This document shows, one piece after another, positions 27,586 through 41,500 of a stretch of 64,000 bases of DNA. The notes under the pieces were generated by a model. The model saw only the letters and a program-made list of their open reading frames with translations, made no database searches and was not told where the DNA came from. Position 1 is the first letter of the stretch; every line of letters starts with the position of its first letter. Origin of the DNA: Adineta vaga (lineage: Eukaryota; Animalia; Rotifera); the NCBI GenBank assembly GCA_021613535.1, contig CP075497.1, forward strand, positions 3,782,001-3,846,000, read 5' to 3'. Made by a program: the position numbers and the translations under genes.

Positions 27586-30500
27586 TTATAACTTGTCATA
27601 ATAATCATCAAGGGGTGGGATACCTTCTTTCAAACCTTTACGTTTACGGATATCATAGATGATTTGACGGATCTTGGATGAGTCATCAAATGGATCTTGA
27701 TTCATGACTTGCCAATGATCAAAGACACATTGTGGAAAAGCTTGACCGCCTGTATTTGAACGAAGATCAGCAGTGAAACCTAAATTAAAATCAAATGAAT
27801 ATTTATTTTCTTTGAATTTCTCATAAATATAATTCTCTTCTTACCGAAAGATTCATTGACAGGTAAATAAGCTTTAACAATAAACATAGGTGTACCAGTA
27901 ACTTGATGTTCTTCGAAAACATGACCACGACGACGATTCAATACACCATAGATACCACCAACAGCAACTTCAGGACACTATAAAAACATGATATAAAGTC
28001 TATATTCAAAATTTTTCTATTATCAATATTGATACATACTTGAACTTCGCAAAGATATACGGGTTCGTAGAGACGAGGTTTAGCTGTAAGCATACCGGCA
28101 TAAAGAACACGACGACATGTGGGAATAATTTGACCACCACCACGATGGATAGCATCAGCGTGTAATGTAACATCATGAATATCGAAACGAACACCACGAA
28201 CGTTTTCTTCGGCAAGAACACCTTCTTTGGTTGCCCATTGAAAGCCAGCAATACAACTGTCTTTAATTTCATTCAAGTATTGAACACCTTTAGTGCAATC
28301 CATTAAAAGATTTGGTCCTGTGCCTTCAGGTCCGAAACACCAGATTTTACGTGCTTCATTGACATCGTAGTCATATTTCTCATTCAAATAACGAGCACGA
28401 GCTTTGAATTCTTGACGTGGTGTAACTTCACCTTTGTCAATATCTTCTGCTAAACCATCAGGCATGGGTCGTGCTTTTAAGAAGATACGATTGTGTTTGT
28501 TTGGTGATTTAGATAAACACATAATGTCTGATTCTTCAGAAACAGTTTCACGATATGAAACGACTGGATCAGAAACTTTAATTGGAATACAAGCATGATC
28601 TTCTTCAAGATCTTTTAAGCAAATTTCCAAATGTAATTCACCAGCACCAGCAACAATGTGTTCACCAGATTCTTCGATGATACATTGAACCATAGGATCT
28701 GATTTAGCTAAACGTTTTAGACCTTCAACTAATTTTGGTAAATCAGCTGGATTTCTAGGTTCAACGGCAACACGCACGACAGGGCTAACACTGAATTTCA
28801 TGACCTACAAGATATCAATCCGCATAAATTTGCAATTCAATACAATGATAAAAAAAAGAACTTACACGAAGATTGTGTGCATTTTCGAAGGTGGTGATTG
28901 TACCAGTTTTAATTAAATATTGATCAACACCGACAAGACCACAGATATTACCACATGGTACATCTTCAATTGGTTCAGTATAACGACCCATCATGAGAAT
29001 TGTTCTATAGAAATTAAAATAAAAGCAATTATTAAGAAAGAATTTTCGATGGATCGTAAAGAAAAGAATTGAATTGTTATAAAAATCAGACTTGGAATAT
29101 GTTCCATCAATGTAAAATTCGGATGGGGAATCCTAATCTCATCATATTTTTACAAATATGTATATATGTAAAAAAGAAGAAAGAAGAAACTTTTCTTACC
29201 GTTGAATACTTTTAACGAAGAGATCATCCTTTTTGCCTGGTACATAGTTAGGACCCATGATACGTGCTTTTTGACCAGTTTGAACAACACCGGAGAAGAC
29301 ACGACCGAAAGCATAGAAACGACCTTTATCAGATGTCGGTACCATTTTGGAGATGTACATCATCAATGGAGCAGTTGGATCGCAACTTTTGATACCCAAA
29401 AAGGCTTCATCATCTTGTGGACCTAGAATACAAAATAAACACTTTGAGAAACACTTCATGTGAAATGAAAATGATCTCACCTTCATAGAGAAGTTCAGCA
29501 CGATATTTTTGTGCAACGACAGGTGATGGTAAATGAATGGCAATCATTGTCAAAAGAACATCACCAGCTGGTAACCATTGTTTCATAACAAGTTTCAATA
29601 ATGGTTTTCCACCTTCTTCTAATTTATCCCGATCGTCACCTTGTAATTTAATGTTTAATTTATCAAGTAAAGCTAAATATTCATCTTTCTTGCAATCCAT
29701 GATAGCTCTGAAAACTTTGAAGATAGGATCGAGAACGAATTGACAGAAACCACGAACATAGCCTAAAATAATCGACAGACATTTACATCACCTAAAAAAA
29801 GAGAAGATATAAGAAGACATACCTTCACCACCGGATTTTGACCATTTCTTTTCACTGGGTGAGAAAAAGTTATCACCCCATAATCGTTTCATGAGTTTAT
29901 CGACTTCAATTTTGAATTTCGATGCATACATTTCAGCGAATTCTTTGAGTGTAAAAGCCCAGCCATGAAGACCAGCACCGAAACCAACTGTACCTTTTGT
30001 TGGATCAACCTAAAAGAAAAGACATTCTATTTACAATGACATCAATTAATAAAATAAAGGATTTGTTCCAACATTTGCTCTTATGTATTATGATAGGAAA
30101 ATCATCTACATCTTGATTATGAGGAAAAAGTTTTACTATTGGCAAAGTTGAACCACCGTATGCGTATGAAAAGAAAACACATTTGGTTGGCCTATGAACT
30201 TGCCATGATCGAAAAACGAATAAGTTTTTCTTTTTCTCTTAACTTACTTGTAATTCACCCATTGGACCACTATCATCACCATAGGTAGCAATGATGACAT
30301 TGACGTTTTCAACAATACGTTGAAATGTTTGAAAAAGATCTTCTTGTTGAAGTTGTAATTCAAGTAAAGCACGATCCATTTTATTCATGAATAGAATTGG
30401 TTTGATACGTTCGGCAATAGCTTGACGAAGTACTGTTTCAGTTTGTACGCATACACCTAAAGAATTTCATCAAAACGATTAATGCTATCCGTGATCATTA

Positions 30501-31042
30501 GTTGAAGTTATTTACCTGAGACACAATCGACGACGACGAGAGCACCATCAGTAACACGTAAAGCAGCAGTAACTTCTGATGAGAAATCAACGTGACCTGG
30601 TGAATCAATAAGATTGATCAAAAAGTGAGTAATTTCTGGTTCACGTTCTTGTTTAATGAATACGAAATCTTTAGCAGGTAATTCATAATAAAGCGAAATG
30701 GCCCTTAAAAAAACATCCATAGAAACTTAACCCATCTTGAAGATAGAAAGGAAAATACATACGTTGATTTGATGGTAATACATCGTTCTTGTTCGTCCTT
30801 ACGAGTATCAGTAAAACGCATTTCACCAGCCTTTTGCGAAGCAATGATACCAGCTTTGCACACGAGTGAATCAGTCAATGTTGATTTTCCGTGATCAACA
30901 TGGGCAATGACGGACATGTTACGGATGTTTTTCTTCTTGTCCATCAAGCCTCGAATTTCATCGACAGTAAAGTTAACCTGAATACATGAACAAAGATCGT
31001 ATCAGTTTTTCTTAGTATAAGTTTCATTTAATATCTTACCAT
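27586..31042 (-). CDS. EEF2: Eukaryotic translation elongation factor 2
   Basis: [24 protein letters not shown], diphthamide loop [14 protein letters not shown]-terminus ...[10 protein letters not shown]. The first coding exon is the ATG alone (31040-31042). Confidence 0.98.
29080..29152 (-). ncRNA. Intronic box C/D snoRNA in eEF2 intron 29005-29199
   Basis: Minus strand: TAAAAAT-ATGATGA(C)-gattaGGATTCCCCAT-CCGA(D')-...-TTGATGG(C')-aacatattccaagt-CTGA(D)-TTTTTA; terminal stem; ~75 nt upstream of the 3' splice site. Confidence 0.88.
30061..30206 (-). ncRNA. Intronic box H/ACA snoRNA in eEF2 intron 30010-30247
   Basis: Hairpin 1 (TGGCAAGTT...AACTTTGCCA), H box ATAGTA (30134-30139), hairpin 2 with pocket AATCAAG / AGAGC, ACA (30064-30066) followed by 3 nt. 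Confidence 0.88.
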
Positions 31043-31094
31043 GGTCGGGTTTTTTTAATAAAATATTAAAATGAGATGATATTGATTTGTTGCC

Positions 31095-31175
31095 CGACGA
31101 GAAGGATGTTTCTAAAAATACGAAATGTATTTAGTTTTGAACAACGAAATGAAACAACAAGGTCTATTTATAAAA
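31095..31175 (-). promoter_or_regulatory. eEF2 core promoter region: TATAAATA plus pyrimidine (TOP/TCT-like) tracts and an AG acceptor at ~31112
   Basis: Minus-strand TATAAATA at ~31165-31172, CCTTCTC at ~31099-31105, and TTTTTAG just upstream of it. Confidence 0.4.
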
Positions 31176-33384
31176 AAAGAACGTAATGATATTATTGCAC
31201 AATTACAAAGATTGTCGGGCGAAGTCGAAGGGGTAACTGTAAATGTAAGGAGGGCAAGAGAAAAAACTGGAGTGTAAGAGTCATCGTATAAACATCGCAT
31301 CTGCTCGAGAGATCGACCGAAAAAGAATAAGAAGAAGGATCGAGAACATTAATGTTAACATGGTTGACGATGACGATATTTTTTGTTTTTTTCTGCTGAT
31401 TTATTTATCTGATGAGGGTCGATAAATTTTCATCGTTAAATCAATGATAATTTATTAATAAAATTATTATTCTCTTATAAATATAATATTATCTCACATT
31501 AATTCATCAATAATTCGAATAATATACATTGTTGTGACACATTAATGCACTTTGGAATTTTGCATTAATGAGTCAGCAGCTGTTGCTTGGAAATAGATTT
31601 TGAAAATGTCGATTAACGATGGATTATCGGAAAAAAATCTGCTTATAATCAACTTTGATTTTTTTTCACATAAGTATGTGAAGAAAAAACAGTTGACGAG
31701 TTTAGTAGTCAATACACAAATATCGTTGCGGATTATCTCACTAGATTGACAAAAGAAAAGGAATATCGAGACAGTATTTGTATAAGTATAACACCTCTAA
31801 CAAATTCATTTTTATTAGTTTATCTGATTCTAATGAATATAATGATTTGCTATGTAGGTAAAATATGATACTGTGAAATTCGTAAAATCACCATTGAAAA
31901 GTACATTTACAATCGAAAGTTATTCATCAAAAGTATCAATATCTGTCACATTGATTGATTGATTGATAGAAAGATTGCCGAAGATGATCGAATTAACGTA
32001 TAAATTTATAATATTATATCATATATCTATTTGCTGATCAATAAAAATACGAAGAAAACATTGAAGATCTAATTGTTCAATATTTAGCATCGATGATGTA
32101 ATCTTTTTAAATATTTCCTTCATATTACTTTTACAATGCTATTAGTAAAAGTTCGATTTCGAGTGACATGATTATGCATGTTTGTCAATTGAAGAAAGAG
32201 AAATAATAATTCTCTTTTTTTATTGCTCTTGTGTCAATACATTCATCAACATTTTGATTATAAAATTCAATTTGTATTTCATTCTCTCTCTCTCTCTCTT
32301 TCTCTTCTTTTTTTCGATTTAATAGTAATTACAAATTCTTCAAAAATACATAATCATCATGTGCATTTTGTAGTGTTCAATTAGCAAATATCATTATTCA
32401 TTTAATGATATTGAATACAATTCATATGTCAATAATGTTTCGAAGATATGTAGACAAAAGTTATTAGAAAGAGGGATGGTCATTTGCAAGAGTAAAAGAA
32501 TGCAATGACATAGAAGAAAAAATGAATGAAGATGAGACAACATTGAGGCGGAGGCGAAGAACGAACGAACAAACGAACTATAGAATAAATTGAAGACACG
32601 TTCGAATAATGACTACGGATTAACGCACACACACATATACATATACATACAAGCAGAAGGGCAATCAACGATTGACCATTGATTGACAGTGACACGTTCA
32701 TTACTTAAGTCTCCGAGAAAAAAAAGTATATACGAATTACTACGATTGTGATCTTTCCCTTTTCCATAGTTATATAGATAGAATTCAATCGTGTATCATC
32801 ATCTAGAAAAGACACAATTTCTATTCTAGTAAGTTCTTTTTTTCATTTGAACAATACTTAATAACTGCTCGTCTTAAATGATTATTTCTCTAACTTGCAA
32901 AACTTCCTCGAGAATAATCTAAATTATGGAGTAGTACTTGTATGTCTACGGAGACAAATAATAAGACGGTATGTATCAAAAAAAAGAAAGAAAGACGAAT
33001 TGACATGGAGTCAAACAGACAATTAACCTAATTTTTTTGATGATAGGGATCTTCTTTTTTGTTATGTTAAGTTCATTCAGTTAATCCTTTCTCGTATAGG
33101 AATACAGAATGATATGAACAATGTTTAGAGAACTATGAACGAAAGTGAAAATTCTATCTCTAATTATACATCGACCATTCATTTTCTTACATTTTTTAAA
33201 AGATATATATTTGTTCGTAGGTATCCAAATAGAACAGAAGACAAAAAAAACAGTATTTAGTATAATATTATATGTGTATATTTTATTTTATTCAGAAATT
33301 TATTTATTAATCATTATACAATTCAAAAGAATAAATGGCAATGGAATGTTTTGAACGAGTAAGTTCTTCGAAAATTCAATCATA

Positions 33385-35466
33385 TTAGTCCATACTTTCT
33401 GCGCTCATACCTCGTATTAATGTTACCTGTTCATCGAGACCTGTATCTGATAACGTTGGACTTTCTCGAATTTCGATAATATATCTAGGTGAGACACCTC
33501 GTGATACTTTTGTTGGAGCTGGAGGTGGTGGATGCTCTTCTAAGACAGGAGATGGCGATCTATGCGTTAATATTGATGGTGATTTTTGTTGTTGTTGTCG
33601 TGGTGGCGGTGGTAGAACTTGAGGCTTTTGCGATGCTGGAGGTGCAGGTTTTTGTTGTGTTGTAGGTGCAGGTTTTTGTGATGGGAGTGCAGTGGGTGTT
33701 TGTTTTTGTTGTGTAGGAAGTGGAGTCTTACGTTGAGTTGATGGTGGTGGCGGCTGTTTTGATGGTACATGTGTATGAGTTGGTTGTTGTTTTTGAGTAT
33801 TCGATGGTAAAGGAACACTTCTTTCGTTTGCATTAGCTGGACGACGATTAGTATCGACATCTGAATTTTGCTTAGCAGATGGATGAAAAGTACGCATTTG
33901 TGCGGGAGCTGCTGGTGTTGGAGCAGGACGACGTAGTGTTTTACTTACAACTGATTTTTTTACTGAACTATTTCGATCGGTGACAGATGGTAGTGTTCGA
34001 TCGGTTTTTTGAACAAATGAACCAGATGTTCCAAACGTAATCGGTGCAGGTTGTTGATTTTGAGGTTGTATTTCAACAACAGGTGTAGGTGAACGTGATA
34101 GTGAAGTTTTTCTTGATGCTGGTATGATTCTTCTGGTTGGTGAAGCAAGCCGTTGCTTTACTGGATTTTCATATAGTTTAGTTAATGTCTGAAGACTTTC
34201 AGATGGTACAGCAGGTCCAGAAAATACATCCGGTAGAAATGCAGTTGGTACATGTGCTAAACGTTCTATTCGACTTTCATACAATTCAGGTACTAAATCC
34301 ACATATTCAGTTTTAAATTTTCGCCATTTTTCTGTACGTTTGATTTTCTCTGCATTTCGATTAATTAAACGTATACATGCTGTTTTTAATGCTTCTGAAC
34401 CTGCTTCATGTGCACTAATCAATAATTCAATAGCATTTTCAACTGTAAGACGTGAAAGAAGAAAATCGGCCACTTGTTTTCGTAACTTTTCAATTTCAAA
34501 TCGTTTAGCAGCGACTAATAAATCAGTTGCATTTTTTAAACTAATTAAACATCGATTTGTATAAACAAAATTCAACACTTCATTCATCACATCCGATTGA
34601 ACATCATCAATACTAATTTGTAAAACATAATCATCTTGAGAATCAGAATCATGATATTCGCCAAGAAGATGTCGAAACCAAAGTGAACGACCACCTATAT
34701 AACAAAAACAAAACGATCAAAGTTTCTTTTCGTTGAGAAAAACAAATATCAAATCTTTTCTCTTACCAAGAATACATCGATGTACTTGCAATTTCACATT
34801 ATCTTGACATTGAATAATGGTATCATAGAAAAGACCATTTCTTAAAACATTAAAAAGATCACCTTCTAAATCATTCAATGCATAAAGACTTTTTTCATTT
34901 TCATTTTGAACATCTTTGGCATTTGGTATACCACTTTGATCGTATAATATTGCTGATGGTGGTTGATGATAGATAGAACCACTTAATGAATATGAATCAT
35001 CAGCACTTTCTTGTACAAAACTATTTTTTCGATTTTGTTTCGAATGATATCGACTATGCGTATTTTGACATTCTGATATTGATCTATATGTACTTTGTTC
35101 ACTTTCACCAAAATTTTGTATACGTAAATGGTAATAGATTCGTTCACGTCGACAATAATAACGTAGAACATATGTTGGACTATTGCAAAATGGACATAAT
35201 GCTCGAAAACGAATACGACCCGTTGTAACTTTTTGTTGTTGTCGAATTTGTTTTTGATATTGTAAAAGTACATCTGATGAATGTTTACTACTTTGTAAAG
35301 TTTTCATATTTACTCCATTGATTGAATTGTTTGTTGAATTTGGTTCAAGAAGAGATTCATCACTAATTTGATATGGAATTAACGAACGACATCGATCACA
35401 ATGAAGTGATTCAAATAAAAGATATCCATGACATCCACAGACAGTTTGTAAGGATAAATACATCAT
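33385..35466 (-). CDS. BTB/POZ (plus BACK-like) protein with Cys-rich N-terminus and long Pro/Gln-rich tail
   Basis: FYDTIIQCQDNVKLQVHRCILG/GRSLWFRHLL...IDDVQSDVMNEVLNFVYT...LLVAAKRFEIEKLRK; intron ~34695-34766. Confidence 0.9.
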
Positions 35467-35575
35467 TCGATATGTTGCAAAGTTTGCGTCTTCTCTTGAA
35501 TTATTTCACGAGAAAAAAATGAATTCAAATTTTCATTTCTTATCGATCGTGCATAGATTACGAGAAGAAAAGAAA

Positions 35576-38500
35576 ATGTCTTTTTTTAAGGTTTCTTTTC
35601 TGTTTCAATTTCGCCCGAATTATCAATTTGACTGTATATATCTGATTAGAGAAATGAAACCAAACAAATAAATACCATGGATTTTTTTTGTTATTGTTTT
35701 TAGGGTAAACCAGTTTGGTTTGATTCAGGTGTGGGCTATCCAATAGCTGGTGACGTGGTCGATGTAACCCGTAGTCGAATATCGGTCAAATCACTTCTCA
35801 ATGGTAAAACATTGGTTTTTCCAATTGATGATACAAATCGAGTAGCACCACGAATACCATTACCACCAGAAGGTGTTAATGATATGATTACCATGAGTGA
35901 TTTAAGTGAAGCATCAATTCTTTGGAATATAAAACTTCGATATGATCATCGACAATTCTACGTAGGAATTTGAAGAAAAAAAAATAGAAAAAGGCAATAA
36001 TAGAATTCTATCTACTTTTTATAGACATATATTGGTAGTATTCTCGTAGCTGTTAATCCATATCATATGTATCATGATATGTATTCTACTAATTATGTGC
36101 GAAAATATGAAAATGCTTTAGTGTTAAATTCACTACCAGCGTATGTATCGATTAGATTCATTTTCGTCAATTATTCATTGAAATTTTAGACATATCTTTG
36201 CGACAGCATCATTAGCCCATAGCAAAATGTTAACAGATAAAATGAATCAATGTGTCGTCATTAGGTATTGTATATTAGTTAGATATCGAAATCTTTTGAT
36301 TGAAAAATTTTTCTTAGTGGTGAAAGTGGTGGTGGAAAAACACAAAGTACAAAATTAATTATGAATTATTTAGCTGCAGTAAGTCTTCCAATTGAAATAT
36401 GAGTAATCCATTCTCAATGTTTATTATTGTAATTTTAGGTTAATCCAGGAAAGAATAAACTAATAACTGAACAGATTCTTGAAGCTTCACCCTTACTCGA
36501 ATCATTTGGTAATGCAAAGACTGTACGCAATGATAATTCATCACGATTTGGAAAATACATTGAAATTTATTATTCTCAGTAAGAATTTTATTTGCCATTT
36601 ATTTTATACTTTGAACTTTTTATTTTCAAGAAAATCCATTGTCGGTGCAAAATTATCCGATTTTCTTTTGGAAAAAAGTCGTATTGTTACACATTCAGCA
36701 GATGAACGTAATTATCATGTTTTCTACGAATTACTCGAAGGATTCGACAATGAAGAAAAACGTAAATATGGTTTAACAACACCTGAGAAATATTTCTATC
36801 TCAATCAAGTAATTATTTCCTTTCGACTCACATCTTTTTCTATTTTTATCTATAAAAGGGTGCATCAATGGCAATAGCAAGTAAATCAGATGCCAATGAC
36901 TTTCAATCTTTATTAACCGCAATGAAAATTTTAAATTTTACAAAAAATGAACAAGAAACGATCTTTAAAATTCTTGCTGCTATTTTACATCTTGGAAATA
37001 TTTATTTCTCTCGAACAATCGATGAACCTAGTCATGATTTAATACAAATTAGTTCGAAAACTGAAATTGATTGGTGTTCACATTTACTTGGTTTGAATGA
37101 TCAAGGTCTTCTACAAAAATTAACACATAAAGTAACAGAAGCACGTGACGAACGTCTTCTATCGCCATTTAATCTTGAACAAGCATTAGATTCACGGTAA
37201 TTTCTTTCGAAAAATATTCGTTTTCTTCAATTTATTTGTTTGGTCTTAGTGATGCAATTGCTAAAGCTCTATATTCCACATTATTCAGTTGGCTTGTTGC
37301 TCGTATCAATCAAATTGTTCGTGTGAATAATACCGTTGATAATAGTATTGCAATATTGGATATATTTGGTTTTGAAAATTTTTCAACGAATAGTTTTGAA
37401 CAATTATGTATTAATTATGCAAATGAAGCATTACAATTTCATTTTAATCGACATGTATTTAAATTAGAACAGGTATGTTTAAATTGAGAATAGTGAAATG
37501 ATTGAATGGATGAAATTTTGTAGGAAGAATATGCAAAAGAAAAACTTTCGTGGAAAAAAATTGATTTTGCAGATAATACCGATTGTTTGGATTTGATTGG
37601 AAAGAAACCGAATGGCATTTTACAAATACTCGATGATGAAAGTAATTTTCCAAAGGTAGGAGAAATTTTTTAGTAAAAAAACAAAAAAAAGATGGAAGTT
37701 TTCCATACATTAGGCTACTGATCAATCGTTTTTACATAAATGTCATCGTCTTCATGAATCGAATCGTTTGTATGGAAAACCACGTTTATTGAAAACAACA
37801 TTTAGTATTCGACATTATGCTGGTGAAGTTGAATATGATGTAAATTTCTTCGAATCCATTAATTTTATTCCATTCGATATTTTCTATTTATTGAATAGGT
37901 TCGTGGATTTCTTGATAAAAATCGTGATCTATTACGTGGTGATGTTATTGATCTATTTTCTTCAAGTCGAAATGAAATCTTAGCAAATATGTTTCGTGAT
38001 ATACGTGATGTTTATGAATCTCATCGTGGTTTTCATTTTAAAACAGGTCGTTTTATTACAATGAAAGCAAAAACACCGACTGTATCAGCGAAATTTTCTG
38101 ATAGTTTATCACATTTAATTGATACAATGACTCGTTGTCAACCAACATTTGTTCGATGTATCAAACCAAATAATGACAAAACACCGAATAAAGTCGAATT
38201 ATCTGTGGTATTAGAACAATTACGTAATACAGGAATGCTCGAAACAGTTCGTATAAGAAAATTAGGTTTTCCACGTCGATATCTATTTGAACACTTTGCA
38301 AAACGGTAAGTTTCAATGAATGAATATTTTGATCGAACATCTTTTCTTTATTAGATATCGTTGTTTAATTTCACATACATTTGATAATATCGATTCAAAA
38401 GAAATTACTGTACACATTCTCAATAGTTTACCAACGAAATTCACTTTAAAATATCAAATTGGTATTACAAAAGTATGCTTTTTAATAAACAATACAAGTG

Positions 38501-41500
38501 AAATTAACTTTCATTCAATTAGATCTTCATGCGTGAATCGTTAGAATATCATCTAGAAAAAGAACGTTCACTTGTTTTAAATAAAGCAGCAATAACAATT
38601 CAATGTGCAATCAAAGGTTACGTTCAACGAAAACGATTCGAAAAACAACGTCGTGCTGTTGTTTTATTACAAAAACAATATCGTCGTTGGCTTGATAATA
38701 AAAAGTAAGTCAAATCTAAATATTGACATTGATGAACGACTATAAACATAATTACAAATCGTTGATGATCATTTAACGAAATGTCAGACGAGGATTACTT
38801 GATTGATTCAATCAGGAGACAAGACAGAAACATCGAGATTTCTTTCTCATCAATTAATCAATTGAGTTAGATAATGAAAGCAATAAGTTCACCAGCAACA
38901 GGTCGTTTTCAACGACGACCTAGTTTAGGAACATCCATCGCAAAAGCAATGATATCCATGAGTCCAGATGTTACTTTCGAAAAATCAACTAGTCTTAGTA
39001 TACGATTGTGTGAATCAGGTCGATCATCAATGTCTGCAACATCTTGTTTTTCTCCTTCGACAGCGATAAGTAATGTGACAGAAAGTAGTTCAACATTACA
39101 TTCATTATCATCATCATCATCTCAGTAAGATGAAATAGAGACTTATGTGACTAATTTATTCAATTATATTTAGACAAACAACAACTTCAATATCGCAAGA
39201 TTATCAAGTAAGATTTTTTTGTTGAAAATTTCTTTTTTTTTAAGAAATTATTTTTCTTTTTATAGTTTAATCTGTTGGAAATACCAAATGAATTAAACTT
39301 AGTATTTAGCCGTCTGGATGGTATTGATCAATTCTTATTGATATTTTTATCTAATTTGATCTATCTATTTAGCTTGGCAAGAACCACATCATGAAGAACA
39401 TATTATTGAAACGACAAGATCAACGCATGTAATTCCAAGTGAACAACATTCTCTACCATTAAATAATACAGAAAAATCATCATTTATAAAATATGTTCAA
39501 GAAAATACATATGTAAGTTAACTAAAATGAACTCTTTCTTCTATTTTCTAACCATATTATAGCTTGGAATGACATGGGATCGTTTATTATCACCAATTGA
39601 AGCACCAATGACCAATCATATTTTCAATCAACAACAAATTCAATTAGCATTAGCTTTATTTAAACTGGTATGAAACGAAATAAGTCAACGTTTTTCTTTG
39701 CTCTATTTATAAGAAAATCATTTAGATTTTACGTTTCGTCAATACATCAGAACATGATGTAAAACGTGATCGTGCTTTAGGTGATTATATAGTTCAAATA
39801 GTATGTATGACATAAACTACATATTTAATTGAATAGAATAACTCATTTATTCTTAGGGTTTAATGAATGAAATTTTACGTGATGAAATTATCATTCAAAT
39901 AATCAATCAAATCTGGAATAATATAGATTTAATCAAATTACATAAAGCTTGGCTTTTAATGCTCAATTGTATCAGTTGTTTTTCGCCATCATCCAAATTT
40001 TATAAGCATTTATTCCAGTTCGTAATTTCTAATTACATGATGAGAATTATTTTATTAATTTCTTATTGTTTTTTAGATTCATTTTGGAAGAAAATCCATC
40101 CGATGATGATTTAGCAAAACGAAAAATATTAGCCGCAGGATCTGTTGATGCACCAAGAACTTATCCGCCGACACAGTTGGAATGGTGTGCTAATAAACGT
40201 TCGATACCAATGGCATTACAAGCAGAATTTTCTGATCGTAAGAAGAAATTCTACTTTGATTTATTGATCTTATCATGAATCATTCTAATAGATTTTGAAA
40301 CTATGGGTGAAGTTGAATCATGGATGACAGGTGAACAATATGCATATGAATTAGTTTCAGCTCGTGGTATATTAAAAGAGTATTGTTCGGGATGGACTGT
40401 ATCGTTAGAAGATGATGGAAATGAAATTGAATTGATGGGACATGATTATATTTTGGATTTAATCAGTGAATTAGAAATTCCACCATGTGCACCTGTTTGT
40501 AAATCATTCTTTCTTATTCATGATGGTCGTGATCGATCATCGAAAACTCCACGACGACGAAATTATCGTACGACAGTTAGGTAAGTTCTCATCTAAATAT
40601 GATAGTCCTACGAACAAACTATATACAATAAAAAATTCACCGTTTTTTTCCATGAAAACTTATCAAATTTCATAGATCGAAAGAATGGTTTCTAAAAATT
40701 GATAATTCTCGTTCGAGTCGTTTGTCGAAAACTAGTCGACAAACTTCATCATCAAATCGGTCATCTCCATACAAATATCCAAGACGTTTCAGTAGTGATG
40801 ATCAACTACAAAAACAAGCAATTGAAAGAAAATATATTAAACGTCATTCACCTCTCTATCATGATGTCGCTACCACTAGTAAAAAATCGAATTCATCTCG
40901 ATCTTCATCATCGGAAATGTCCGATGATCCTATGTCATTTCCACCACCACCACCATCAGTGACAAAGGATTTATTGAAAGCGGATGCAACTAGTGCCTAT
41001 TCAACAACAGATGATCTACCAGAAGAAATTCCTATTCGAAAAAGTGAATTAAATGTACCAATACATCCTGATACACCACCCTTACCACCAGTACGTTCAT
41101 CAACAAGATCGAGTAAAGAACAAATAAAAAAAGATGACAAATCTACTGAAAAAAGAAAGCAATCTACATTGAATAAAACTATATTAAAATCACCACTGCC
41201 ACCGCCACCACCATCTTCATCAATTATCGAACGAAATGAATCGATTCGTAAAACAAATACATTTACATCGTCATCTCATTCAATGGTGGATGCAGGTTGT
41301 GGCGGACATATTCTATCAAAAATACCTGCCCTACGTTGTTTTCGATCCAATAAACAACATCATACACAAAAATTTCATAAAACTTCACCATTACCTCCAC
41401 CACCACTTGTCGTTAGGTAGACATTTAATCTGTATCTACGATCTTTCTCTTCGCATGTGTATGATCACATTTGCATGAGTTTCTTCTCGCTTGTTTGTCT

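Noticed and set aside
31480-32000. Coding-looking fragments on the + strand (e.g. VCEEKTVDEFSSQYTNIVADYLTRL)
   Set aside because: Stops occur in all frames, there is no coherent splice model and no recognisable family; at most a pseudogene remnant.
36318-36345. Myosin P-loop GESGGGKT rather than GESGAGKT/GESGSGKT
   Set aside because: The substitution is at a variable position and switch 1 and switch 2 are intact, so there is no basis for calling a pseudo-motor.
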